Positions 27,390 to 35,999 of a stretch of DNA of 64,000 nucleotides are shown one piece after another (the stretch's first letter is position 1; the number at the start of each line of letters is the position of its first letter). The notes under the pieces were generated by a model, which was given only the letters and a program-made list of their open reading frames with translations, was not told the origin of the DNA and did not search any database. Position numbers and translations under genes: made by a program. The stretch is from a virus, in IMG/VR virus record IMGVR_UViG_3300046780_000733; one strand, written 5' to 3'.

Positions 27390-27964
27390 GGGTACTCCTT
27401 CCCGGCCAGGAGAGCAATCGCGGTCCCGAGCCATGTCCGCATTGCCTCTTCCTGACTCCACTGCACGATCTTGATCCCGAATGGCTCGTAATCCGACGAC
27501 CAGTGCGGATTCGGACACAGGTAGACGTCACGCCTTTCCGTGGCCAGCATCCGACAGTCCACGGACTTGTAATCATCGGACAGAGCAGGGATGCCAAACC
27601 TCTCGAAGATCATCCGACGATTGCGTTCTTGGATCTCGACGAGCGCCTTGTACGCGGGGTGCCTCTTGCTCGGCCTGGGAATGTCGCCGGGCGGGTACGC
27701 TTCCTCGGCATCATGGAACAACATCGCCAACTGGTCTCTCTGGCCAGACATCTGTCTCGCACAGAGAACCGAGTGCTGCGCGACCGAGTAGGGCCAGATG
27801 GTTCTACCGAAGAACCTGTTCTGCATCGACAGGCCGCGTGCGAGATCCGACAGCGTGATCTCCTCTGGCCTCAGATCAAGGGGGTGAACCTTCCCTCCCT
27901 CAAAGGTGGCGATCCAATCGCGGTCGCCATCATAGGTACTCCAGCCTTCGTCCTCTTCACTCAT
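27374..27964 (-). CDS. HD-domain 5'-deoxynucleotidase (YfbR-like)
   Basis: LS.QNRF.G, YSVAQHSV, HDAEEAY..DIPRP.K, D..MLATE. Confidence 0.88.
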   Translation of the reverse strand: MSEEDEGWSTYDGDRDWIATFEGGKVHPLDLRPEEITLSDLARGLSMQNRFFGRTIWPYSVAQHSVLCARQMSGQRDQLAMLFHDAEEAYPPGDIPRPSKRHPAYKALVEIQERNRRMIFERFGIPALSDDYKSVDCRMLATERRDVYLCPNPHWSSDYEPFGIKIVQWSQEEAMRTWLGTAIALLAGKEYPWCLQ

Positions 27965-28896
27965 GGGTGCTCCTCACAAAGATTTGTGACTTGGACATCA
28001 TTCCTGAGTTTTCTAAGAACCCACGCCGCCTTCATTTTGGCTCGCGTTTCGGGAGAGTGCTTCTTGCCTTTCCGGCCTGACGGTCTCCCTTTGCGCGCCA
28101 ACGAATTGTTGCGTCTGTGCTCCGGAGACTGCGGATTCCCCTTGTTCCATGGAACCATCCCCATGCGTGCAGCCGATATCTTGGCTCGCGTTTCAGCAGA
28201 GAGATGTTTCCCCTTGCGTTCCTCTTGGATCTTGGCGAGCGCCTCCAGAGAGCGTTTGCTTTTCTTTCGTGCCACCGACATGTTGGCGCGTGCTTCTTGA
28301 GAGAGTTTCCTCCCTTTGCGCGACCTAGACATTTCGTCGCGGGTCTCTTGGGTGTGCTTCATTCCCTTAGTTGGCGTTTTCCCCTTTCTTGCTGCCGACA
28401 ATTTTTCGCGGTGTTCTGGAGACAGTTTCCTGCCCCTGAGCGATGCCGACATTTTGGCGATCGCCTCTTGAGAAAACTTTCTTCCTTTGTGCGCAGCCGA
28501 TATCTTGGCGATTGTCTCAGGTGTATGCGTTTTGCCCTTGTGTGATTCCGACATCTTGAGTTTTGTTTCCGCCGAGGGTTTTATTCCTCGTGTCGCCCCA
28601 GTCGCTGTGCACATGTTGTACAGAGATCCGGGGGCATCTGACTCGTAATAATTCATCCAATGGTGTTCGCGGCATGTCAGTTGCCCGATATCCTCGACAC
28701 GTTCAAGAATCTGGAACTCAAAGGCGTCTGGACCATGCTTGTTCCACGCGCGCTGGAGATACCTGTTTCGGTGTTTATTTCCTTTAAGATGGCGCAGGTG
28801 CTCGGATCGCCTGCACTCCAAATTATTGGTTTGCCCGACGTACCTCTTGCCACTGCAAACGCAGAGCCAACAGTAAATCCCAGATTTAATGCTCAT
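27961..28896 (-). CDS. GIY-YIG homing endonuclease with NUMOD3 repeats
   Basis: SGIY...YVGQ..R..H; repeated H(S/T)xETxAK(I/M)S..KG units. Confidence 0.92.
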   Translation of the reverse strand: MSIKSGIYCWLCVCSGKRYVGQTNNLECRRSEHLRHLKGNKHRNRYLQRAWNKHGPDAFEFQILERVEDIGQLTCREHHWMNYYESDAPGSLYNMCTATGATRGIKPSAETKLKMSESHKGKTHTPETIAKISAAHKGRKFSQEAIAKMSASLRGRKLSPEHREKLSAARKGKTPTKGMKHTQETRDEMSRSRKGRKLSQEARANMSVARKKSKRSLEALAKIQEERKGKHLSAETRAKISAARMGMVPWNKGNPQSPEHRRNNSLARKGRPSGRKGKKHSPETRAKMKAAWVLRKLRNDVQVTNLCEEHP

Positions 28897-29408
28897 GCAT
28901 TTACCTCGTACTCAATCTTGCTTCGCGAGAGAGATCGTATTCTCAGCGGCGACACGCCTTCCGTCCTGAAGTGCCATGTCGGTATCCGCTTCTTCATGGC
29001 GCGCTTCGCACAGTCCCATGTGCCTTTAGACTTCAGCAAGTCGCGGTGAATCGCGATGCAGACATCGGCGCCGGCATCAACCATGGCTTGATTGCGGCAA
29101 GGGCCGGCATTTGCGTTATACGGTTTTCCGTAGCGCCCGGTCCTTATGACAGCCAGAGGATGATCCAAGTCGTTCCAATGCGCCTCGAACCGCTCAAACG
29201 CGAGTTCGCAGAACTTGGCGGCACGATTGACAGCCGCATCCACTCCGGTGCAGTCCCCGTGGATGACGATGATCCTGCACTGGTATGACGCGGTCATCCC
29301 ACCCAGTATGCTTACTGCCAAATCGAACGCATTCCACGTCCGTGACCCCGTGAACAAGACACGCATCACCCTGCCATCCGCCACGGACAGCGTCGTCCCC
29401 TCTGACAT
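28893..29408 (-). CDS. SLOG/YspA-like (DUF2493) protein
   Basis: VLFTGSR.W, IHGDC.GVD, AGP.RNQAMVD, SKGT.DC. Confidence 0.8.
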   Translation of the reverse strand: MSEGTTLSVADGRVMRVLFTGSRTWNAFDLAVSILGGMTASYQCRIIVIHGDCTGVDAAVNRAAKFCELAFERFEAHWNDLDHPLAVIRTGRYGKPYNANAGPCRNQAMVDAGADVCIAIHRDLLKSKGTWDCAKRAMKKRIPTWHFRTEGVSPLRIRSLSRSKIEYEVNA

Positions 29409-29435
29409 CCTCGTCTCCTCCCACATCACTGTGGT

Positions 29436-29618
29436 TCACGCGCCAGCGTGGCGTGCCTTGGCTTCAGCGACCTCTCTTCGATCCACGGCGATCGATGGCG
29501 GGGCCTCGATGCCCAACGCCACCACGTTCGTGCCTGGACAGATAACCTTCACGACCACACGGCCGGCAGGCGTTTCGATCCAGATCTCCTCTTCGATCCT
29601 TCGCTTTAAAACCAGCAT
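29436..29618 (-). CDS. csrA: Carbon storage regulator CsrA-like
   Basis: MLVLKRR..E.I.I...V.LGIEAP..I.VDR.EV. Confidence 0.88.
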   Translation of the reverse strand: MLVLKRRIEEEIWIETPAGRVVVKVICPGTNVVALGIEAPPSIAVDRREVAEAKARHAGA

Positions 29619-29655
29619 TCCTTGACTCCTTCGTCCTCGTGTTCTTCCTCGAACG

Positions 29656-29690
29656 ATTCAGACTTTAATCCAGACTCAGAATTCAAGCAA
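29656..29690 (-). promoter_or_regulatory. csrA-operon promoter with operator-like site
   Basis: Minus strand TTGCTT-N17-TAAAGT; ATTCAGAC-TTTAATCCAGA-CTCAGAAT at 29656-29682. Confidence 0.6.
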
Positions 29691-29737
29691 TAGCAATCTC
29701 AAAAGATTTTTTGGATGGCCGAAATCGCTCATCGGGG

Positions 29738-29781
29738 ACCCTGGAGAATTCGTTCTCCAGGGTGTACTACAAGCTGTAGTA
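29738..29781. repeat. Two adjacent perfect hairpins
   Basis: ACCCTGGAGAA-TTCG-TTCTCCAGGGT and TACTACA-AGC-TGTAGTA. Confidence 0.7.
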
Positions 29782-29814
29782 GCATGAGCGCGCACGCAGG
29801 GCATTACGGGTCAC

Positions 29815-30471
29815 CTATACTGCTGTGGCGGGAGATTCTGTGGGTCGCCCTCTCCGACCTCTGAGGTCGATCGGTGGCCCAGACGTCCTCCCTTTGGGGA
29901 GAGACGGAACGCTTGGGCGAGGTGGCCGCGACTTCGCGAGCATACGCCTCTCTTCTCTTGTGCTTCTCATATAAGCCTCGTACGCCTCGCGGTCTTCCCG
30001 TTTCTTTTTCTTCGCCTCTTGCTGATGTGCTGTCAGTAATTCGTGCCTTTTCTTCCTCTCCGCTCGTCTAGCAGCGGCCTGCTGGTGTGCAATCCTGGCC
30101 TCCGCTTTGTTTCTCTCCTTCAGTCCGTTCTTCATGTTGAACAGGGTGCGACGAAGTTTGGTCGTCGATTCGCAAGGATCGAGTTTTCTTCCTGTATGAT
30201 CGCAGAACTCGATAAAGCCATGACACACTCCACAGATAGGATAGAGGGAACCTCGCTTCCTTCCACGAAGCGATGCCTCATCGTAATCTCCGTGGTGAAC
30301 CTGTGTCGCTTCTCCACCGCACAGCGAACACTTCTTGTTCCTGCGAAGCACGTAATCTCTGATCATCGCCCACTCGTCTCCGCGCAGGTAAGCGTCGTAG
30401 GACGAGTATCCCATCGCCTTGAGAGTTGCGTTCCTCTTGGCGTACATCTGGATCATCTTGACATCGACCAC
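29815..30471 (-). CDS. HNH-like endonuclease with basic tail
   Basis: Y.AYL...EW..IR, CSLCG...QVHH..Y, L.PIC..CH. Confidence 0.75.
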   Translation of the reverse strand: MVDVKMIQMYAKRNATLKAMGYSSYDAYLRGDEWAMIRDYVLRRNKKCSLCGGEATQVHHGDYDEASLRGRKRGSLYPICGVCHGFIEFCDHTGRKLDPCESTTKLRRTLFNMKNGLKERNKAEARIAHQQAAARRAERKKRHELLTAHQQEAKKKKREDREAYEAYMRSTREERRMLAKSRPPRPSVPSLPKGRTSGPPIDLRGRRGRPTESPATAV

Positions 30472-30880
30472 CCTCGTTCTCCTTTAAAGACTCATGGCTC
30501 GGCGCGCAACGGGGGCTTCCCTCTGTGATCTTAGTACGTTCTTGTGTCTTCTGGGTCTTGCTATTCGCTGGCTGTTTCAGACACGGACTTCGTCTTCGCT
30601 CCGAGTTTTTTTCACCTAGTGGTATCACTTTGGTGGACCAGGACGTAGCCCCTGTGCCGAGATCAACTACCCGGCCCGTTGCCTGGAAAACTCCCCACAG
30701 GGAGAAACTGGTTTCGACTCAGTCGTTCGCCTCTGCTGCACGATCGTGTCACTGGGGGAGGTTTTAACCCCGTGCCAATGAGGGAGTGGCGCTCACGCGC
30801 TTAGCCCCTGTCACCCCGGGTTTTTGCGGCTGAGCCCAGGGGAAAACCGCCGGCCGAAACCGGAACCCAAAAGACTGGCC

Positions 30881-31864
30881 TCACTGAAATAGAAGTTGTG
30901 CCTCCTGATGATTCCCAAGTTGTCTGGGTTGATAGTTCGCGCGTACCCAGTCATCCCATGGCACGCGTTTGTCGTAGGCACCCACAACCCACCGTTGGAA
31001 GCCGACGGTTTCTTTGGTTCGCACATAAGGCATCGGGTACGGCCTGGCCCCGAACTCCCGCAACTTGCGTCTACGGTGCTCGCAGTCCTCGTGTGTCTCG
31101 CCGTCCCAGTACCCGATGAGCATGTAGACCATGATCTGGTCTGGCTTGACGCCGTGCTTCACCAGGAGTTCCAGGCCGGTCATCAGGCGGTGCTCGTCCT
31201 TGCGGTTGTCCCAGGCCGTGTAGATCCTCTTGGTCTTCATCTGGTCGTCGCGGTAATCCACGGAGGCGATAGCCGCTGCTGTCTCGTCGGTGAGGAACCG
31301 GGCGTTCACGCCCTGGTTGAAGGACACCTTGAATTTGCCGTCACGGATCGCCTCGATCTGAGATGGCCACGATGGCTCACCGAAGAAGTCGTTGTCAAGG
31401 AGGATCAGTTCTCGGGGCCAAGGATCACCACGCCAGAGCATATCGATCGTCCTATCCTTGCGGACCTTGCCTTCCTTGATGGGCACCACGCAGAACGGAC
31501 ATTTGAGCCTGCATCCCCTCTGCGTGAAGCCAATCGACTGTTTCCACTTCGGGTAGATCGAATAGTCTTGCTCCCTGGTGGTGATCCCGATGTCTTCGAG
31601 GCTGAGCGCGACATCGACGCCGGTGCCACCGATGATCGCGTTTGGCCTCGCTAGGCGAAGACGATCCGCGACAGGACGCGTGCGCTCAAATATGGCCGAA
31701 GCGTAGACCAGGTCTGGGTGTTCCCAATACCGGAGCTCCACGCTTCGGACGTTCGGCGCATGACGAAGTTCAACCTCATCGCCGAGGGCCTTGTGGTGGG
31801 CAGAGATCCGCATCAGGGCGATGTTCGGGATCTTGCCATCGAGTTGCAGAAGAAGGACTTTCAT
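30881..31864 (-). CDS. Radical SAM protein (phage type)
   Basis: PNIALM.ISA.HK..GD.V; RGCRLKCPFC (CxxxCxxC); LDND. Confidence 0.88.
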   Translation of the reverse strand: MKVLLLQLDGKIPNIALMRISAHHKALGDEVELRHAPNVRSVELRYWEHPDLVYASAIFERTRPVADRLRLARPNAIIGGTGVDVALSLEDIGITTREQDYSIYPKWKQSIGFTQRGCRLKCPFCVVPIKEGKVRKDRTIDMLWRGDPWPRELILLDNDFFGEPSWPSQIEAIRDGKFKVSFNQGVNARFLTDETAAAIASVDYRDDQMKTKRIYTAWDNRKDEHRLMTGLELLVKHGVKPDQIMVYMLIGYWDGETHEDCEHRRRKLREFGARPYPMPYVRTKETVGFQRWVVGAYDKRVPWDDWVRANYQPRQLGNHQEAQLLFQ

Positions 31865-32217
31865 TCTGTTGCTTCGCAAATACAGTCGTCGATGAAGACG
31901 GCTTCCTTGACGATGTCCTTGTACAACATGCCGTCACGACTCTCTTTTATCATGCCGGCCACGATCGTCGCGATCCTATGGCGACGGTTCTCTCGTGCCT
32001 GGAATCCATCGGTCGGCTCGGCAACCGGCCCCCAATCGATCCGCGAGTCGTCTTCGTGCTTCCTGCGAACAAGTCCTCGCCGCTCCAGTTCGACCATATC
32101 GCCCATCAATCCGTCGGTTCGGTTGCGATGGACCGACATTCCGGGCGAATACGGGTAAAACTCGCCGCGCACGAACGCTAGAAGTTTGCCTAGCCGCACC
32201 TCAGTCACGTCAAACAT
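31861..32217 (-). CDS. Hypothetical protein
   Basis: AGGAGG RBS; coupled. Confidence 0.6.
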   Translation of the reverse strand: MFDVTEVRLGKLLAFVRGEFYPYSPGMSVHRNRTDGLMGDMVELERRGLVRRKHEDDSRIDWGPVAEPTDGFQARENRRHRIATIVAGMIKESRDGMLYKDIVKEAVFIDDCICEATE

Positions 32218-32247
32218 AATACCTCCTGGTTTCCGTCGGAAACTTGG

Positions 32248-32436
32248 TTAGAACGTCTCCTTGATCCATCTCAGCACACGCCGCCACCACGGCTCATTGG
32301 GTGGACGACTCCTGGGGTGATTCACCTCCGACCACTCCGCGAACCTGAAACGGCACACGCGGCATTTGTCGAGGTCGTGGGTGGCCGAGAACAGGCTAGG
32401 GCATGCCCACGTCGGGCCACTACGGTAGCTCATCAT
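32248..32436 (-). CDS. Small hypothetical protein
   Basis: ATGA coupling; C..H..C..C. Confidence 0.45.
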   Translation of the reverse strand: MMSYRSGPTWACPSLFSATHDLDKCRVCRFRFAEWSEVNHPRSRPPNEPWWRRVLRWIKETF

Positions 32437-32939
32437 GGTCTCCATAGCGACACGTAGACATCGTAAACGTCCTTGGGAATCGGGCGTCGATCCCAAATGG
32501 CTGCGTAACACTCGGCCAAAAACTCAGCAGAGTTCGTACATGCATAGCTACTCACGGTCTCGGTGATCCGCCGTGAGGACAGTGGCACCGGTGTCCTGAG
32601 AAGTTCCGAGAACCTCGCGGCACCCAGGTGAACCGCGACCTGCCTGTGGCCGATCTCGTGCCTGATCAGGTGGTCGAGGTCATCGCTGCTGAAGACGCGG
32701 TTCCTGAACCCTTCTCGGCGGCTGAAATCGGGGTTTCGCCAGTGGGACGCGTTGACATTGATCTCGATCTGATCAATGCCACTCACGTACTGCATGGCGA
32801 ACGTGAACGGTTCACCGGCGACGTAGACGATTGGAACTCCTTGCTTATCGCAGATGCTTTGGGCACGCGCGAACAAAGATTTGGCGTCGTCGGCGAAGCA
32901 TGGAGTTGACAAGGCTAGAAGCAGAATCGCAGAACGCAT
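32433..32939 (-). CDS. Secreted zinc-metallopeptidase-like protein
   Basis: Signal peptide; HEIGH; SSYA.TN.AEF.AE. Confidence 0.7.
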   Translation of the reverse strand: MRSAILLLALSTPCFADDAKSLFARAQSICDKQGVPIVYVAGEPFTFAMQYVSGIDQIEINVNASHWRNPDFSRREGFRNRVFSSDDLDHLIRHEIGHRQVAVHLGAARFSELLRTPVPLSSRRITETVSSYACTNSAEFLAECYAAIWDRRPIPKDVYDVYVSLWRP

Positions 32940-32942
32940 CCG

Positions 32943-33158
32943 TTACTCCTCGTAGTCAAGGTCGTCGTCGTCCTCGAACTCGTCATCCTCGTCTTCGTTG
33001 ATGTCGATGTCCCAGTCTTCGTCGTCGTCGAGCGGGTCATCGAGGTCGTCCAGGTCGTCGTAGTCGTCGTCGAGATCCACATCGTCTGGATCGTCGATGT
33101 CGTCGAACTCGGATTCGTCCACGTCGCTGTCAAGGTCTTCAGGCAGGATGTCAGCCAT
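32943..33158 (-). CDS. Hyper-acidic 71-aa protein
   Basis: 45 of 71 residues D/E, no K/R; GAGGAGG RBS. Confidence 0.7.
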   Translation of the reverse strand: MADILPEDLDSDVDESEFDDIDDPDDVDLDDDYDDLDDLDDPLDDDEDWDIDINEDEDDEFEDDDDLDYEE

Positions 33159-33297
33159 CATCTTCTTCCTCCTCGTCGATGTTGTTGAACGTATTCCAGA
33201 ACCAGTGGTCGGGATCGAAAATGTCGTCCTCGGTATCGTCGTCTTCTTCGTCTTGCCAGTCTTCTGGGTCACCCCATCCGCGTCCGACGATGATCAT
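33151..33297 (-). CDS. Acidic 48-aa protein (not in ORF track)
   Basis: ATGA-coupled to helicase; MIIVGRGWGDPEDWQDEEDDDTEDDIFDPDHWFWNTFNNIDEEEEDDG. Confidence 0.6.
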   Translation of the reverse strand: MIIVGRGWGDPEDWQDEEDDDTEDDIFDPDHWFWNTFNNIDEEEEDDG

Positions 33298-34886
33298 CGT
33301 TTCCCCCAAAGTTTGCTCAAGAAATCAGATGCTTCCTTCTTCGACATTGCACGCGCTTGTTCGGGTTCTACTCCATTCGCTATGAGGTGACTCGTTTGTT
33401 TCGGCGATGCGAGCCCGGCCTTGGATCTCGACAGCGTGTAGTCGATGATCGTCTTGGCCCTAGTCCTTGACAGGTTCGGGGCGTCGGCGATACCCAGCCG
33501 GTTCAGCAATTTGACCTGACCCGGTGTAGCCCGGGTGATCACCGCGTCTGTGACCCTGGAGCCACGCCACGGGATGCCGATGGCGTCACACACGGAGAGC
33601 GGATCATAGGAAACTCGCTTGTACCCGATGTTGCGCTCGCGGGCCTGGATGCGGAGCACGGTCTTCCGCTTGTGCTCTTTCTCGGCCTCCGAGATCGCAT
33701 CCACCAGACTGAGCTTCTTGTTCTTGTTCATCAACTCCTGGGCGTCGTCCAGGACTTCCTGGTCAACCCCGCTGCCGTCGCAGAGTTCGACGGGCTTGAC
33801 CAATTTGTGCTTGGTGGTCAGAAAGTTGAAGTCAATGATCAGTGCGTCTTGCTTACCCTCGTAGAGGCGTGTGCCTCGGCCAACGATCTGGGCATAGAGT
33901 GGGCGAGACTTGGTGGGGCGGCACAAGGCAATCGCGGCTGTCCTTGGAAGATCCACGCCTTCAGTCAGCAGTTGCACATTGCACAGCATCTGAATCTCGC
34001 CTTTTGTGTATTGCTCGATCTTCTTCTCGCGGTCGGGATCATCACCTGAGATCCAGTCAGCACGAATGCCAATCGACTGAAGGGCTGTCGCCATCCCCTG
34101 GGCACTCTTGATCATCGGCGTGAAGACCAGAGTAGATCGATCGCCGGCCTCCTGGCGGATCGCGTTGGCCAGCGTGTCAACCAGCGGTCCAATCCTGGCT
34201 TCGAGATCCGCGTCTGTGTAGTCGCCCTCCTTGGTTCTCAGGTCACGGAGGTCGATATCCACGTCGCATTGGACGAATGTAAGCCTGCTCAGATAAGGCC
34301 CTGGATCAGGAGCCGTCATCGCCTGCCAGAGGTTGAACTCGTAGCAGACCGAGTCAAATATTTGGCCGAGGTCTTCTTCGTCGGCTCGATCATAGGTCGC
34401 CGTCATGCCGAGAACGCGAGCACGAGGGAAGTGCTTCAGGATTCGCTTCGCGCTCGGAGTACAGGCGTGATGAGCCTCATCGATTACGATTAACTGGAAA
34501 TAATCCTGCGGCCACTCAGCGAGTCTTTTGGCATGCAACGTAGCCGTAGTGGCTACCACGGCGTCAGCATCGAAGAGTTCCCTGGCCCTCTGGTCGGCCA
34601 TCTCGATGCCAGGCTCGACGCCCATACGATCAAGCGTGTTGGCCATTTGGGAGACCAGATGCCTTGTTGGGCACGTAATAAGGACACGGTTCCCCTTCTC
34701 GATCGTATGCCGAACGATCTGGCCGCAGACGGAACTTTTGCCCGTGCCGGTGCTCATGACGATCGCCGTGCTTTTCACCTTCTTGGAGAACTCAGCACGC
34801 ACCGCCTCTACGGCTTCTTGCTGGTAATAGCGCAGCGTGATCGGGTTGTCGCCAAGAATGGGCTTGGCAAGGAGTCCTTGAGACAT
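33294..34886 (-). CDS. SF2 DEAD/DEAH-box helicase
   Basis: LRYYQ, TGTGKS, DEAHH, TAT, LTEGVD.P, QIVGRGTR. Confidence 0.93.
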   Translation of the reverse strand: MSQGLLAKPILGDNPITLRYYQQEAVEAVRAEFSKKVKSTAIVMSTGTGKSSVCGQIVRHTIEKGNRVLITCPTRHLVSQMANTLDRMGVEPGIEMADQRARELFDADAVVATTATLHAKRLAEWPQDYFQLIVIDEAHHACTPSAKRILKHFPRARVLGMTATYDRADEEDLGQIFDSVCYEFNLWQAMTAPDPGPYLSRLTFVQCDVDIDLRDLRTKEGDYTDADLEARIGPLVDTLANAIRQEAGDRSTLVFTPMIKSAQGMATALQSIGIRADWISGDDPDREKKIEQYTKGEIQMLCNVQLLTEGVDLPRTAAIALCRPTKSRPLYAQIVGRGTRLYEGKQDALIIDFNFLTTKHKLVKPVELCDGSGVDQEVLDDAQELMNKNKKLSLVDAISEAEKEHKRKTVLRIQARERNIGYKRVSYDPLSVCDAIGIPWRGSRVTDAVITRATPGQVKLLNRLGIADAPNLSRTRAKTIIDYTLSRSKAGLASPKQTSHLIANGVEPEQARAMSKKEASDFLSKLWGKR

Positions 34887-34904
34887 CCTCGTCTCCTATG
34901 AATG

Positions 34905-35999
34905 TCAAGTTTGGACGAGATAACCGCGGCCGAAACATTTGTGGCAGTCGCCGATGGGCGTCGTCCCGACACCGGAACATCCGTCGTACTTGGGCTCGGG
35001 GCACCGAACCCATTCGCCAGGATTGGCCACGCGAAGCACAGCCCTGATCCTGTGCCCGTAGGTGCCGGTGTGGCGGGCCTTGTTCAAAAGTTCGGTTATC
35101 TTTTTCTTGAACGACTCGCGTGCCTTTTGGCTGTGCCTGTAGAACAGAGCGTCATCGACGAACGTCGAGAGCGGCTTACCCTTGAGCACCGAGAACAATG
35201 GCAACTTCGCCACCCAATCCTCATCGCTGGCATCGTCCTTGATCGCGGCCCGCTCCTCGCGATCTTCCTTGACATCCTCGACTGTCTCGGCGTCCGGGTT
35301 AGCGCTGGTGATATCGGGGATCACGCCCTCGGCGATCTGACCCTTCTTTCGCATCTTGGCGATCTCAGGCGTGTCGGGCTGGAGCACGCCGTCAACCCGG
35401 CACTGACCGGTGGGTTTCTTGGCGTCGAGGCCCAGTTCTCGCTTGGCCTGTGGGATGGTGATCTCGCCGCGCTTGACACGCTCGGCCGTCTCGGGGCTCG
35501 CCTCGGCGATCTTCTCGGCATCCTGAACGTACTTCTCGTTGGTTCCAAACGTCTTGGCTGCCTGGACCGAAGATTCCCGCTCGCGTTTCCCGGAACCTTC
35601 CGGAACGAATTCCGGAAGGTTGGACGAGTCAGTGCGGACTCCGGCCTTCTTCCGTTTATCCGCATTCGCGGCGAGGCGCTTCTTGTGTCCGGCCGCACAT
35701 ACGGCTCGCTGGCTCGACGTGAGTTGACGGCGGCACAGATTTCGGCTCTTGACTAACTCCAATGCCTGATCGTCATCGCCGTCGAACTCCTCGAACCTGG
35801 GCTCGACACCCGCGGATCGGCACGCCTCGTAGCGATTGCGGCCGTCAAGGATCTTGCCATCGAAGAGGGTAATCGTGTCGTTCAAGCCGTTGGCCTTGAT
35901 GTTCTCGGCGAGGGCGCTTGCCTCATCCGGAGAAATCATCGGAAAGATGTTGGCGTACTCGTGATACTCATAGACGGCTGACAATGTACTGTGCTCCAA
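34905..35999 (-). CDS. ParB-like N-terminal domain protein with C-terminal Zn ribbon
   Basis: H..ANIFP, ILDGRNRYEAC, N..RRQL..SQRA; C.G.G..C..C.GRG. Confidence 0.8.
   Translation of the reverse strand: MEHSTLSAVYEYHEYANIFPMISPDEASALAENIKANGLNDTITLFDGKILDGRNRYEACRSAGVEPRFEEFDGDDDQALELVKSRNLCRRQLTSSQRAVCAAGHKKRLAANADKRKKAGVRTDSSNLPEFVPEGSGKRERESSVQAAKTFGTNEKYVQDAEKIAEASPETAERVKRGEITIPQAKRELGLDAKKPTGQCRVDGVLQPDTPEIAKMRKKGQIAEGVIPDITSANPDAETVEDVKEDREERAAIKDDASDEDWVAKLPLFSVLKGKPLSTFVDDALFYRHSQKARESFKKKITELLNKARHTGTYGHRIRAVLRVANPGEWVRCPEPKYDGCSGVGTTPIGDCHKCFGRGYLVQT

Noticed and set aside
20650-27964. Z-genome (2-aminoadenine) pathway
   Set aside because: DUF5664 and HD proteins are present, but there is no PurZ in the window and both families occur in ordinary phages.
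27961-28600. Nucleotide repeats in the GIY-YIG gene as a separate repeat element
   Set aside because: Explained by coding NUMOD3 repeats.
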